A DNA stretch of 32,000 bases from Phycisphaera mikurensis NBRC 102666 (GCF_000284115.1 NC_017080.1:1380001-1412000); one strand, 5' to 3'; positions 20,205 to 29,698 are shown, numbered from the stretch's first letter. Notes: a model not told the origin generated them from the sequence alone. Numbers and translations: made by a program.

Positions 20205-20795
20205 ATGCCGCGGGCCGCCGACGCCGAGACCGCTTTCACCCGCAGCGCCCTGCTGGTGATCGACGTCATCAACGACCTGGACTTCGACGGCGGCGAGGCG
20301 CTGGGCCCCTTCGCCGAGGAGCTGGTCGGGCCGATCCTCACGCTCAAGCGGCGGTTCCGCGAGGCCGGCCTGCCGGTCATCTACGTGAACGACAACTTCG
20401 GCAACTGGCGCAGCGACTTCCGCGCGACGGTCGACGCGGTGTGCGGCCGCGCGTGCCGCGGCCGGGCGATCGCTCGTGCCCTGAAGCCCGAGGACGAGGA
20501 CCTCTTCGTACTCAAGCCCAAGCACAGCGGCTTCCACCACACGGTGCTCCCGCTGCTGCTGCACGACCTCGGCGTCGACCGCGTCGTGCTCTGCGGCATC
20601 GCGGGCAACATCTGCGTCGCCTTCACCGCCCACGACGCCCTCATGCACAACCTCCGCGTGGCGGTCCCGCGGGACGCCGTGGCGTCGGAGTCCAGCGACG
20701 CCAACGACCGCGTGCTCGGGGAGCTCGAAGACGTCTTCGGCGTCGACACCCGGCCCGCCGCCGAGGTCGCGGTGGAGCCTCCCGCCCCGGGCTGA
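20205..20795 (+). CDS. Isochorismatase-family cysteine hydrolase
   Basis: [17 protein letters not shown]…[12 protein letters not shown]…[11 protein letters not shown]…[19 protein letters not shown]; 196 aa. Confidence 0.88.
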   Translation: MPRAADAETAFTRSALLVIDVINDLDFDGGEALGPFAEELVGPILTLKRRFREAGLPVIYVNDNFGNWRSDFRATVDAVCGRACRGRAIARALKPEDEDLFVLKPKHSGFHHTVLPLLLHDLGVDRVVLCGIAGNICVAFTAHDALMHNLRVAVPRDAVASESSDANDRVLGELEDVFGVDTRPAAEVAVEPPAPG

Positions 20796-21068
20796 AGCGC
20801 GGCGCCGCAGCCGGGACCGGCCGGGCGGGGTGCCGGGGCCAACCGCACCCCCATGGCGCTCCAGCGGCCGACGGCCGCTCCGCGACCTCCCGCATCCGTG
20901 GCCGAACGAGCCTCCGGGATGCCCGCGCCGGCGGGTAGGGTTTGACCTTGGGAGCGGCGGAACGCTCCCGAGTCGCCCGCCGCCAGGCTCTTGCGCCGCC
21001 TCGAGCGGCTTGCTCGACGGCACGCCTCTTCTCCTCTCCACGCGACACCCGTGCTCCTCCGATCTGTC

Positions 21069-22754
21069 ATGCTCAAGCCTCTCCTGCTCGCGGCCCTGCT
21101 CGCCACGCCCGCCCTCGCCGAGACCCCGACCGTGCCCGTGATCCGCGTCCACGACGAGAAGAGGGCCGACGTGAGCCCGCTGCTCTTCGGGCAGTTCCTC
21201 GAGATCGCCAGCTGGGGCGAGCGGGGGCCGGAGGCCTACGCCGACCCGGAGACCGGCGAGCTGCCCGCGGCGGTGGTCGAGAAGCTGCGCGAGCTGCACG
21301 CCCCGCTGATCCGCTTCCCCTTCGGCAGCGACTCACGCTTCCTCGACTGGACCGACCGGGTGGCGATGCCCGGCCGGCCGGCGCCGGTCTCGCTGGAGCG
21401 GGGCGAGGGCGGCTTGACCAACCGCTTCACCTACGACCACTTCCTGCGGCTGTGCGAGGAGCTGGACGCCGAGCCCCTGCTGGTGGTGAAGTCCTGGGAC
21501 GCGGTCTTCGAGGGCGGCGACGCGGTGGCCGCGGACGCGCAGCAGGCGGCGAACCTGGTGGCTTACACGAACGCGGAGGTCGACGCGGCGCTGCCGCCGG
21601 CGCAGCTGGCTCTCGCCGCGCTGCGGGCGGCGAACGGCCGGATCCAGCCGTACGGCGTGAAGAAGTGGCAGGTGGGCAACGAGCTGTTCTTCGGGCTCAA
21701 CGACCGCGGCGACCGCGACTTCTACTGGACCGCCGACCCCGAGGAGGAGCTGGAGGCGCTCGCCGACGCGATCGTCACCCGGTACACGGCGGTCGCCGAC
21801 GCGATGCTCGCGGTCGACCCGACGCTGCAGCTGGTCGCCGAGGGCGAGTGGCGGAGCGAGCGGGGCCGCGAGCTGATCCTTGGCGACCCGCGGATGAAGG
21901 AGCGCTTCGCGTACGTCACCAACCACGCCTACGGCCCCTGGAAGACCAACCGCCTCCGCCGCGGCGGGGAGCTCATCAACGCGAGCACGCTCGACGAGCA
22001 GACGCTGACTGCCTTCGGCGCTTTCTACCCCCGCGGGCTCGACGCCGAAGGCCGCAGCCGCGGCCTCGACGACTGGGCGATCGAGGCCGCCGAGGCGCAC
22101 GGCTACCGGGCCGTCGCCACCGAGTGGAACTGGAACGGCTGGGGCGACTTCGACCTCACGCACCCGACGGTCGCGGCCCATGCGCGGGCTCTTGGTACCG
22201 CCGGCTACTTGAACGGGATGCTGCGGCAGGCCGAGCACGTCGCGTTCGCGACGCAGTCGATGATGCTCGCGGAGAGCTGGAACATCGGCGGCGTGCAGGG
22301 CGACCCGGCGGAGCCCGGATCGGTGTTCCTGGGTCCTTCGGGCGCGGCGACGGCCTTGTACGCCGAGCTGCACGGGCCGGAGCTGCGGGAGGTCACCCTG
22401 GAGGGGATGCCCGAGCCGCTCCGCGTGGACCTCACCCGCGCCGGCGGCGTCATCGGTCCGCAGATCCCGGTGGTCGATGCGACGGCGACGGCGGGGCCGG
22501 GGGTCGTGTACGTCCACGCCGTGCAGCGACGTTTCGACGCGGAGCTTGCGGTGGAGATCCGCGTCGCCGGTCTTGATCCCGGCCTCGTCGCCGCCGTGGC
22601 CGTCCACAGCCTCGTCCGCGAGGCGGACCACGAGCGGCCGTTCGCTTCGACGGTCCGGCGATCCGTGGAGGTGGACGCGGCCGGGCGAGAGGCGATCGCG
22701 GTCACGCTCCCGGCGGCCTCGGTCAGCGTCGTCGAGATCCGCCACGGCGGGTGA
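21069..22754 (+). CDS. Secreted alpha-L-arabinofuranosidase-like glycoside hydrolase (GH51-like clan A)
   Basis: Signal peptide [17 protein letters not shown]; [12 protein letters not shown]; [11 protein letters not shown] (acid/base Glu); [11 protein letters not shown] (candidate nucleophile). Confidence 0.7.
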   Translation: MLKPLLLAALLATPALAETPTVPVIRVHDEKRADVSPLLFGQFLEIASWGERGPEAYADPETGELPAAVVEKLRELHAPLIRFPFGSDSRFLDWTDRVAMPGRPAPVSLERGEGGLTNRFTYDHFLRLCEELDAEPLLVVKSWDAVFEGGDAVAADAQQAANLVAYTNAEVDAALPPAQLALAALRAANGRIQPYGVKKWQVGNELFFGLNDRGDRDFYWTADPEEELEALADAIVTRYTAVADAMLAVDPTLQLVAEGEWRSERGRELILGDPRMKERFAYVTNHAYGPWKTNRLRRGGELINASTLDEQTLTAFGAFYPRGLDAEGRSRGLDDWAIEAAEAHGYRAVATEWNWNGWGDFDLTHPTVAAHARALGTAGYLNGMLRQAEHVAFATQSMMLAESWNIGGVQGDPAEPGSVFLGPSGAATALYAELHGPELREVTLEGMPEPLRVDLTRAGGVIGPQIPVVDATATAGPGVVYVHAVQRRFDAELAVEIRVAGLDPGLVAAVAVHSLVREADHERPFASTVRRSVEVDAAGREAIAVTLPAASVSVVEIRHGG

Positions 22755-22849
22755 CCCGTGGCACGCGGACCGTCGCCGGAAGCGGCGGAAGAAGGCGGCG
22801 GTCCGCGGATCCGGAGCAACCGAGGGCGGTTTGGCCGTACCTTCGGGGG

Positions 22850-23290
22850 GTGTTCGGTCGCCGCAAACCCATCCGCGTCGAGCAGCGGAGCGGGAGGAAC
22901 GTGGCGCTGGGGAACGCGGGCGAGCGCGCCGCGGAGCGGTTCCTCAAGAAGAACGGCTACCGCGTGCTCGGGCGCAACGTCGCCCTGGCGCGGGGCGAGA
23001 TCGACTTGGTCGCACAGGAGAAGGCCACCGGCGTGCGCGTGGTGGTCGAGGTGAAGGCGGGGCGGGCCCACGCGGTCTACCGGCCGGCGATGCGGGCGGG
23101 CCCGGCGAAGCGGCGGAAGCTCGCAAGCCTCACCCGGACGCTCGCGAGGCTCAACGGGTGGGCCGGCGAGCCGGTCCGCATCGACGTGGTGGAGGTCGTC
23201 TGGCCGGCGGGCGGCGCCGAGGACCGCCGCGGCGTGCCGAAGGCGGAGCCGGCGCTGCGGCACCTGGTCGGCAGCGTCTTCCGGGCGTAG
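22850..23290 (+). CDS. YraN/UPF0102 family protein (restriction-endonuclease-like fold)
   Basis: GNAGERAAERFLKKNGYRVLGRNVALARGEIDLVAQE…VVVEVKAG; start GTG 22850 chosen. Confidence 0.88.
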   Translation: MFGRRKPIRVEQRSGRNVALGNAGERAAERFLKKNGYRVLGRNVALARGEIDLVAQEKATGVRVVVEVKAGRAHAVYRPAMRAGPAKRRKLASLTRTLARLNGWAGEPVRIDVVEVVWPAGGAEDRRGVPKAEPALRHLVGSVFRA

Positions 23291-23314
23291 CGGACCCGCG
23301 GACCGCCGGGCTTT

Positions 23315-24394
23315 TCAGCCTCGATCGGCCACGGTCCGCGGATCCGCTGCCCCCCGCACCGAGGCGGCGGCGAAGCGGATGGCGGACTTCATCGACTCAG
23401 GCTCGGCGCGGTTCTTCCAGGCGATGTCGAAGGCGGTGCCGTGGTCGGGGCTGGTGCGGACCACCGGGAGGCCCAGCGTCACGTTGACCGCGTTGTCGAA
23501 GGCGAGCATCTTCACCGGGATCAAGCCCTGGTCGTGGTACATCGCGACGAGCAAGTCGTACCGCTTGCGCTGGCTCGGGGTGAAGAGCGTGTCGGCGGGG
23601 AAGGGGCCGTGGATCGCCATCCCGGCTTCCTTCGCCATGTCGATCGCGGGCGCGATCAGACGTCCTTCCTCGTCGCCGAAGAGCCCGCCCTCGCCGGCGT
23701 GGGGGTTGAGGCCGCACACGCCGATGCGGGGGCGCGGGATCCCCAGCCGCTTTACCGCCTCGTCCGCGAGGTCGGCGGCATCGAAAACCCGGCCGATGGA
23801 GAGCAGCTCGCGCACGTCCATCAGCGGCGTGTGGATCGTGGCGAGCACGACGCGGATCGGCTCGCCGGCGGGGTCCACGCCCGCGAACATCATCGCGACG
23901 CGCTTCGCCGCGAAGCGGTTCTGCAGGAACTCGGTGTGGCCGGGGAAGCGGCAGCCGGCGAGGTCCCAGCTCTCCTTGCAGATGGGGGCCGTGACGATCG
24001 CGTCGGTGCCGCCCTCGGCGATCGGCTTCTTCGCCGCGGCCACGGCGGCGTCCAGGAAGGCGAGCGAGGCCTGGCCGCCGGCCCGCGTCGCGGCCGCGGT
24101 GGTGCGGCCCAGGAAGGAGAGCTCGTCGAAGTCGACGACGACCACGTCGTGCGTCAGCTCGTGCCTGGTGCGGTCGGCCCCGTGCTGGACGCGGTGCCAG
24201 AACGGCTCGATCTCGGCGAGGTCGGCCGCGTACGCCATCAGCTCGTTGAGCCCGAAGACCACGAAGCGTGCGAGCCTGCGGACCTCCGGGTCCGACAGCG
24301 CCTTCACGACCACCTCGGGACCCACGCCGGCGGGCTCGCCGAGGGAGATCCCGATCACCGGGCGATCGGGATGTCCGTCGGGGCTCGGCGGCAT
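23315..24394 (-). CDS. pdxA: 4-hydroxythreonine-4-phosphate dehydrogenase
   Basis: PVIGISLGEPAGVGPEVVVKAL, FPGHTEFLQ, GLNPHAGEGGLFGDEE, AMYHDQGLIPVKMLAFDNAVNVTLGLPVVRTSPDHGTAFDIA; ATG 24394. Confidence 0.95.
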   Translation of the reverse strand: MPPSPDGHPDRPVIGISLGEPAGVGPEVVVKALSDPEVRRLARFVVFGLNELMAYAADLAEIEPFWHRVQHGADRTRHELTHDVVVVDFDELSFLGRTTAAATRAGGQASLAFLDAAVAAAKKPIAEGGTDAIVTAPICKESWDLAGCRFPGHTEFLQNRFAAKRVAMMFAGVDPAGEPIRVVLATIHTPLMDVRELLSIGRVFDAADLADEAVKRLGIPRPRIGVCGLNPHAGEGGLFGDEEGRLIAPAIDMAKEAGMAIHGPFPADTLFTPSQRKRYDLLVAMYHDQGLIPVKMLAFDNAVNVTLGLPVVRTSPDHGTAFDIAWKNRAEPESMKSAIRFAAASVRGAADPRTVADRG

Positions 24395-24417
24395 GGGGCG
24401 GCGAGCGTAGCGCGGGG

Positions 24418-24589
24418 GGGCGTGGCTGCGCCAGGCAAGCGAAGAAGAGAGGAAGAGAAGAAGCGAGGAAGTCAGGCAGGAGCAGGAGCGACACCCCCGC
24501 CGCCGCCGCGGGCGGCACTCTCTCACGCTCACTCTCTCTCTCTTCCCCGCTTCCCCGCTTCTTCGCTTCTTCGCTTCTTCGCTTCTCCG
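24418..24589. repeat. Intergenic composite low-complexity element A: GGGCGTGGCTGCGCCA + polypurine tract + (CT)n + octamer array
   Basis: Octamers CTTCCCCG x2, CTTCTTCG x3, CTTCTCCG from 24542 to 24589; purine tract 24437-24470; CT run 24532-24543. Confidence 0.85.
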
Positions 24590-24615
24590 CTTGCTCCCTG
24601 CTCCCCACCCGCGCC

Positions 24616-24966
24616 TCACGCCTTCAACGGATCATGCCCCCAATTCATCAACGAGTACCGCCACCGCGAGTTCTCGACGTCGTCGTCCGGCCCCTGCTTG
24701 GAGTGGCGGGCGACGTAGCCGTTGACCTTCTTCATCGCGCCGTAGTCGTCGTCGGTGTAGTCGGCCTTCTTCTTGCCCTTGATCTCGAGGATCTTCCGGC
24801 CCATCTGGTGGCCGGTGGACTCCTCGTCGTTGGTGTCGCCGACCGAGGCGGATTCGTCGGTGTCGAGCCACGCCTCGAGCTCCTTGGGCGTCATGTTGAC
24901 GGCGTCGCGGAACCCGTCGAGCACCTCTTCGCGGTCGTCTTCGTCGACGTGGGGGAAGTCTTTCAT
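24616..24966 (-). CDS. DUF3140-like small acidic protein
   Basis: 116 aa ending …YVARHSKQGPDDDVENSRWRYSLMNWGHDPLKA; family name from memory. Confidence 0.75.
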   Translation of the reverse strand: MKDFPHVDEDDREEVLDGFRDAVNMTPKELEAWLDTDESASVGDTNDEESTGHQMGRKILEIKGKKKADYTDDDYGAMKKVNGYVARHSKQGPDDDVENSRWRYSLMNWGHDPLKA

Positions 24967-25003
24967 GCCGGGGTGTAGGCCGGCCCGGCGGCCGAAGCCA
25001 GGC

Positions 25004-25168
25004 TCAAGCCTCGTCGTTCATCAGCACCATGATCGCGTGCACCGAACCCGGGATCCAGCCGAGGATCCAGAGCAGGATGTTGAGCAGGAGGCTGAAGCCG
25101 ATCCCCCGGTGCAGGAAGACGGACACGGGCGGCAGGAAGATGGCGAGCAGGGCTTGGACGAGGGACAT
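25004..25168 (-). CDS. YqaE/Pmp3-family small membrane protein (54 aa), missing from the ORF track
   Basis: Hand translation: MSLVQALLAIFLPPVSVFLHRGIGFSLLLNILLWILGWIPGSVHAIMVLMNDEA*. Confidence 0.9.
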   Translation of the reverse strand: MSLVQALLAIFLPPVSVFLHRGIGFSLLLNILLWILGWIPGSVHAIMVLMNDEA

Positions 25169-25225
25169 CGTGCGGGACTCCGGTGGTGCGGGGAGCGGCC
25201 GCGACCCGGCCGCCTCCAGGGGGTT

Positions 25226-26047
25226 CTAGGCGGGAGCCGGCCCGACCTTCAACCCGTCGTACGCCGGCTCGACGCCCGCGGGCGTCCGCTCCTGCAGCTC
25301 CGCGTGGGCGAGGTCGTGCGCGAGGTGGGTCAGGAAGGTGCGTCCGGCCCGCAGGTCCGCGGCGATGGCGACCGCCTCGGCCAGCGAGAGGTGCGTGGGG
25401 TGCTTGGTCGGCTTGAGCGCGTCGAGCACGAGCACGTCGAGGCCGCCGAGCCGGGCGCGAGCCGCCTCCGGCACCTCCGAGCAGTCGGTGCAGTACGCGA
25501 TGGAACCTTCCGGCGAGTCGAACCGGAAGCCCAGCACCGGCAGCCGGCCGTGCATCAGGCGCAGCGGCGTGACGCTCAGCGGCACCGTCGGCAGCGGGCG
25601 GAAGGATTCGCCGGCGGCGACCGTCTGCAGCGCGAGCTTCGGGACGAAGCCGCCGTTGGGGTTCCGGCCTTCGCCGAAGACGTACGGGAACAGCTCGCGG
25701 AGCGCCTCCTGGGTGCCGGCCTCGGCGTAGAGCGGCAGCGGGTCGTCCATGCGACCGCTGAACCGGCGGAGGTCGTCGAGCCCGTACACGTGGTCGGCGT
25801 GGGCGTGCGTGTAGAGCACGGCGTCGATGCGCTCGACGCCCTCGCGGACGCACTGCAGCCGCAGCTCCTGGCCCGTGTCGACGAGCAGGCGGCGCTCCCC
25901 GTCCGGCGCCGAGTCATCCCCGAAGCTGAGCATCACCGACGGCCGGGTCCGCTGGTCCCTCGGGTCGTCGCTGGTGCACACGCCGCAACGGCACCCGATC
26001 ATCGGCACGCCCGCGGAGGTGCCGGTGCCGAGGAAGGTGAGGCGCAT
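25226..26047 (-). CDS. MBL-fold metallo-hydrolase (PhnP/RNase Z-like)
   Basis: MRLTFLGTGTSAGVPMIGCRCGVCTSDDPRDQRTRPS; YTHAHADHVYGLDDLR; YCTDCSE; LTHLAHD. ATG 26047; the track start at 26734 crosses a repeat. Confidence 0.9.
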   Translation of the reverse strand: MRLTFLGTGTSAGVPMIGCRCGVCTSDDPRDQRTRPSVMLSFGDDSAPDGERRLLVDTGQELRLQCVREGVERIDAVLYTHAHADHVYGLDDLRRFSGRMDDPLPLYAEAGTQEALRELFPYVFGEGRNPNGGFVPKLALQTVAAGESFRPLPTVPLSVTPLRLMHGRLPVLGFRFDSPEGSIAYCTDCSEVPEAARARLGGLDVLVLDALKPTKHPTHLSLAEAVAIAADLRAGRTFLTHLAHDLAHAELQERTPAGVEPAYDGLKVGPAPA

Positions 26048-26084
26048 GGGGGGGAGCGTAGAGCTCGGGGGGGCAAGGGACGGA

Positions 26085-26210
<126 letters not shown>

Positions 26211-26325
26211 ACCCATCGCAGGCCCGACCCGCGGCGCCGAACGTCGCGGACGATGCAGCCGCAAGCGACAAGCGTCCCCCCCTGCGTCGCTTCGTCTCTC
26301 GCCCCCTCCCGTAGCTTGCCCCGCC

Positions 26326-27438
26326 ATGGCCTCCCCCGCCTCCCCCGCCTCCCCCGCCTCCCCCGCCTCCCCCGCCGACCGCGCCGCCTACCAACGCACC
26401 CGCCTCCGCTGCGGCGTCGCCGGGATCGGGATGATCCTCGTCGCGCTGTGGGCTGGCCTCGGCTTGGGCGTCCCGGCGCAGCTCGACCGGGTGCTGGTCG
26501 GCTGGGAAGGTCGGGCCGGCTTCGCGGTGGGCGCGGTGCTCGCGGCGGGGGCGGTGCTGCTGCAGCTGGGGCCCGACACGATCGCTCGGCACGCCGACCT
26601 GCGCGAGGGCGTCGCGGTGGCGGGGGAGCAGAAACGCTTCCTGAAGCGGTACTGGAGCGGCGTGCTCGGCTTCGCGGTGCAGGTGACGCTGGCGGCCGGC
26701 CTGGCGGGGGTGGCGCTGATGCCCCGGGAGGCATGGGCGGATCCGTGGCCGGGCTACGCGGCGGTCGCGGCGGCGCTGGGCCTGCTGTCGCTCGCGCGAA
26801 TCTTCCGAGATCCGACGCTGTCGATCGAGAGCGAGCCGTACGAGGTGGCGCCGGCGTGGATCGCGGCGCTGGAGTCGCGCCTGGAGCGGGCGGGCGAGGC
26901 CCGGCCGCCGATCCGCTGGTTCGACCACGGCGAGCACAGCCTCGCCGGCGGATGGGAGGGCTTCGGCGGGCGGCGGCGGCTGACGCTGTCGCGGAGCGTC
27001 GGCGAGCTGCCGCCGGAGGTCGCGGCGGGGCTGGTGCTCCGCGAGATCGGCCACGCGCGGAAGTGGCACCGCGGGATCAGCTGCCTCGTGAGCGCGGCGT
27101 GGCTGGCGCTCGGGGTCGCCCTCGGGTACGGCGCGGATCGCTGGCTTCTCGGCCCGCTGGGCACCGCCGGCCGCGTGTTCCTGCTGGCGGCGGTGATGTC
27201 GACCTGGTCCTGGGTCGGGCTCTTCGTGCTGCCGGCGCTCGGCCGGCGGCAGGTGCTCGCGGCCGACCGCTTCATGGCCGAGAAGCTCGGCGACCCCGAG
27301 GAGACCTCGACCGTCTTCGGCTGCCTCGCCGGCGGGAACCTGCCCGACGAGGACCTCGGTGCCGTCAAGAGGTACGTCTTCCACCCGATCCCGCCGCTGG
27401 CGGTCCGCCGGGCCGCTGCGCTGAAGAGTTTCGCATGA
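26326..27438 (+). CDS. M48-like multi-pass membrane protein, probably catalytically inactive
   Basis: Repeated hydrophobic helices; VAAGLVLREIGHARKWHRG in the HExxH position; RRQVLAADRFMAEKLGDP in the ExxAD position. Confidence 0.65.
   Translation: MASPASPASPASPASPADRAAYQRTRLRCGVAGIGMILVALWAGLGLGVPAQLDRVLVGWEGRAGFAVGAVLAAGAVLLQLGPDTIARHADLREGVAVAGEQKRFLKRYWSGVLGFAVQVTLAAGLAGVALMPREAWADPWPGYAAVAAALGLLSLARIFRDPTLSIESEPYEVAPAWIAALESRLERAGEARPPIRWFDHGEHSLAGGWEGFGGRRRLTLSRSVGELPPEVAAGLVLREIGHARKWHRGISCLVSAAWLALGVALGYGADRWLLGPLGTAGRVFLLAAVMSTWSWVGLFVLPALGRRQVLAADRFMAEKLGDPEETSTVFGCLAGGNLPDEDLGAVKRYVFHPIPPLAVRRAAALKSFA
26329..26382 (+). repeat. Perfect 9-bp coding tandem repeat (GCCTCCCCC x6) encoding (ASP)6
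   Basis: Direct reading of the sequence immediately after the ATG. Confidence 0.95.
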
Positions 27439-27557
27439 GCATCCTCCCCCGCTTCCTGTTCAGCCTCGGCGGCTGGACGCTGAACCTGATCTCCAGGTCT
27501 CTGCACTGCCAGGCCGGCCGCCCGCACACGCGCCAGCAACCGCCCGGTTGGGCCTGA
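27435..27557 (+). CDS. Possible 40-aa ORF coupled by ATGA overlap to the M48-like gene
   Basis: MSILPRFLFSLGGWTLNLISRSLHCQAGRPHTRQQPPGWA*; ATG overlaps preceding TGA. Confidence 0.25.
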   Translation: MSILPRFLFSLGGWTLNLISRSLHCQAGRPHTRQQPPGWA

Positions 27558-27629
27558 TCCGTCGCGGCGTTGCCGCTCCTGCTGCCCCGGTTCGACGATC
27601 CGTTGGTGGCAACGAGTTGACCCGCAGCG

Positions 27630-27708
27630 CCGGCTTCGCCCGCTCGGAGGCACACCCGCGCAGGCCAGAGCGAACGCAGCGACGCGAGAGTCACCCCGGC
27701 GAAGCCGG
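27630..27708. other. Inverted repeat CCGGCTTCGCC … GGCGAAGCCGG between/into convergent gene ends
   Basis: 27630-27640 and 27698-27708 are exact reverse complements (11 bp, 57-nt spacer); right arm overlaps the DUF2071-like C-terminus. Confidence 0.5.
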
Positions 27709-28446
27709 AGCGAAGCGCAGCGGGTGGATGCGGACGTCGACGCCGGGGCTGGCGGTCGCGTGATCCCACGGGCGGTCCGGGCGGCCGATGCCGGGCAGGT
27801 CGTCCAGCGCAAAGAGGGCATCGTCGCCGACGGGCACCTCGGCCTGCTGCAGGCGGTACGGGGCGTGGTCGACGCGGCCGACCAGGAGGCGCTGCTTCGG
27901 ATCGTCCCACGCGTACAGCAGGTAGCGCTCGACAAGGAAGTGCTCCAGCGTGCCGGGCTCCGCGGCCGCGAGCGGCCCCACCCCGCGCCAGCGGAAGCGG
28001 CAGGCCGACCGCGGATCGGCCCCGTGCCGCAGGCTCTCGAAGGTGAGCGAGCCGTCGATGTGGCCGGTCGTGGTGATCCGGGCCCGGAAGTACGGCAGGC
28101 GGAAGAAGCGGCGGGCGATCTCGACGGCGAGCGCCTGGCTCGCGTCCAGCGAGAAGAACCAGACCCCGGGCCGGCCGTCGGGGCCGAGCACGTACGTCCG
28201 CAGGTTCAGCTCGCCGAAGCTGGAGAGCCCGGGCACCGCCGGCAGGAAGCGAGGCCGCACGCCACGCATCAGGAAGGGGACCACGCCGATCCAGGCGTGC
28301 GCGTCGAAGGTGTCGACCGTCAGCCCCTCCGGGAGCAACGCCCGCACCGCCTCCGCGTCCACCCGCCAGTGCAGGAACAGCAGGTTCCGCCACTTCTGGT
28401 GCATCACGACGGGGCCGTCCGGTTCGCCGAGGGGGGTCGCTTCCAT
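27691..28446 (-). CDS. DUF2071 (YqjF-like) family protein
   Basis: MHQKWRNLLFLHWRVDAEAVRALLPEGLTVDTFDAHAWIGVVPFLMRGVRPR…PGVWFFSLDASQALAVEIAR. Confidence 0.88.
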   Translation of the reverse strand: MEATPLGEPDGPVVMHQKWRNLLFLHWRVDAEAVRALLPEGLTVDTFDAHAWIGVVPFLMRGVRPRFLPAVPGLSSFGELNLRTYVLGPDGRPGVWFFSLDASQALAVEIARRFFRLPYFRARITTTGHIDGSLTFESLRHGADPRSACRFRWRGVGPLAAAEPGTLEHFLVERYLLYAWDDPKQRLLVGRVDHAPYRLQQAEVPVGDDALFALDDLPGIGRPDRPWDHATASPGVDVRIHPLRFAPASPG

Positions 28447-28465
28447 CGGCCCCTACTGTCGCAGA

Positions 28466-29557
28466 ATGCCCGCAGACGCGACGAAACAGGATGTCATGGC
28501 CGAGCTGTCGCAGGTGATGGACCCGGAACTCAAACGCGACGTGGTGACGCTGAACATGGTCCAGCGGGTCGACGTGAGAGACGGCACCGCCACCGTGGAG
28601 GTCAAGCTCCCCGCTCGGCTGAGCAAGCAGCGCGAGGCGATGCGGGCCGCCATCCGCGAGGCCGTCGGGCGGACCGGGCTCACGCCCGAGGTCGCGATGG
28701 CCAGCTCGCTCTCCGGCGGCGAGGAGCCGGCGTCGAACGGACCCGCTCCCGCGCCCGCGCTGCCGGGGGTCCGCCACGTCATCGCGGTCGGCGCCGGCAA
28801 GGGCGGCGTGGGCAAGAGCACGCTGGCCCTGAACCTCGCCGTCGGCCTCGCGCGGCTGGGCCGCAAGTCCGGCGTCCTCGACGGCGACATCTACGGGCCG
28901 TCGATCCCCACGATGCTCGGCACCGACCGCTACCAGGTCCGCGCCAGCGGCAAGACGCTGATCCCCTTCGAGCTGCACGGCGTGAAGGCGATGACGATCG
29001 GGGCCCTGGTCGACGACGACAAGCCCTTGATCTGGCGCGGCCCCATGGCCCACGGGGCCTTCCAGCAGCTCGCCACGCAGACCGACTGGGGCGAGCTCGA
29101 CGAGCTCGTCGTCGACCTCCCGCCGGGCACCGGCGACGTGCCGCTGACGCTGAGCCAGACGCTGCCGCTCACCGGTGCCGTCATCGTCTGCACCCCGCAG
29201 AAGGTCGCCCAGGACGACGCTCGCCGGGCCATCGCGATGTTCCGCCAGCTCAACGTCGAGGTGCTGGGTCTGGTCGAGAACATGAGCTTCTTCGTGTGCG
29301 ACCACGGCACCGAGTACGACCTCTTCGGCCGCGGCGGCGCCGAGCTGCTGGCGAGCCAGGAGGGCATCCCCTTCCTGGGCTCGCTGCCGATCCACCCGCT
29401 GCTCCGCGTCCACGCCGACGCGGGCGATCCGTCGGCGAACTTCGACCGGGACGAGTCGCTGAAGGCGTCGCTCGAAGGCATCTGCCGGACGCTGATGGAC
29501 CAGGTGGCGGTGGTGGACCTGGAGGGGGCCCGGGCCCCGACGCTGACGGTGCGGTGA
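28466..29557 (+). CDS. Mrp/NBP35 family ATP-binding protein (Fe-S carrier type), CxxC not conserved
   Basis: VIAVGAGKGGVGKSTLALNLAVGLA; LDGDIYGPSIPTMLG; VVDLPPGTGDVPLTLSQ; N-terminal MIP18/DUF59-like domain. Confidence 0.92.
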   Translation: MPADATKQDVMAELSQVMDPELKRDVVTLNMVQRVDVRDGTATVEVKLPARLSKQREAMRAAIREAVGRTGLTPEVAMASSLSGGEEPASNGPAPAPALPGVRHVIAVGAGKGGVGKSTLALNLAVGLARLGRKSGVLDGDIYGPSIPTMLGTDRYQVRASGKTLIPFELHGVKAMTIGALVDDDKPLIWRGPMAHGAFQQLATQTDWGELDELVVDLPPGTGDVPLTLSQTLPLTGAVIVCTPQKVAQDDARRAIAMFRQLNVEVLGLVENMSFFVCDHGTEYDLFGRGGAELLASQEGIPFLGSLPIHPLLRVHADAGDPSANFDRDESLKASLEGICRTLMDQVAVVDLEGARAPTLTVR

Positions 29558-29698
29558 GAGCCTGTTCCGGTGGGACCGATCCGGTGGAGTGGCGACCGCC
29601 GGGCGCGTGAGGCGCAAAACGAAAGGTTGCGACGGCGGCGTGACGCCTTGACGGGGGGGGATTGTCAAAGTGGAGAAGGTGACCGCATCCACTCCACC

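Noticed and set aside
17745-21299. 1184-aa - strand ORF containing floA
   Set aside because: N-terminal extension is antisense to the kinase/DRT-like and isochorismatase genes; the real floA start is 18830.
22850-23290. YraN nuclease-fold protein as a restriction or defence gene
   Set aside because: UPF0102/YraN is a widespread core family; no methyltransferase or other defence gene adjoins.
27568-27614. tRNA-like feel (CGTTGCC…GGTTCGA…GGCAACG)
   Set aside because: No cloverleaf with D and anticodon arms fits; only a 7-bp inverted repeat and a chance GGTTCGA.
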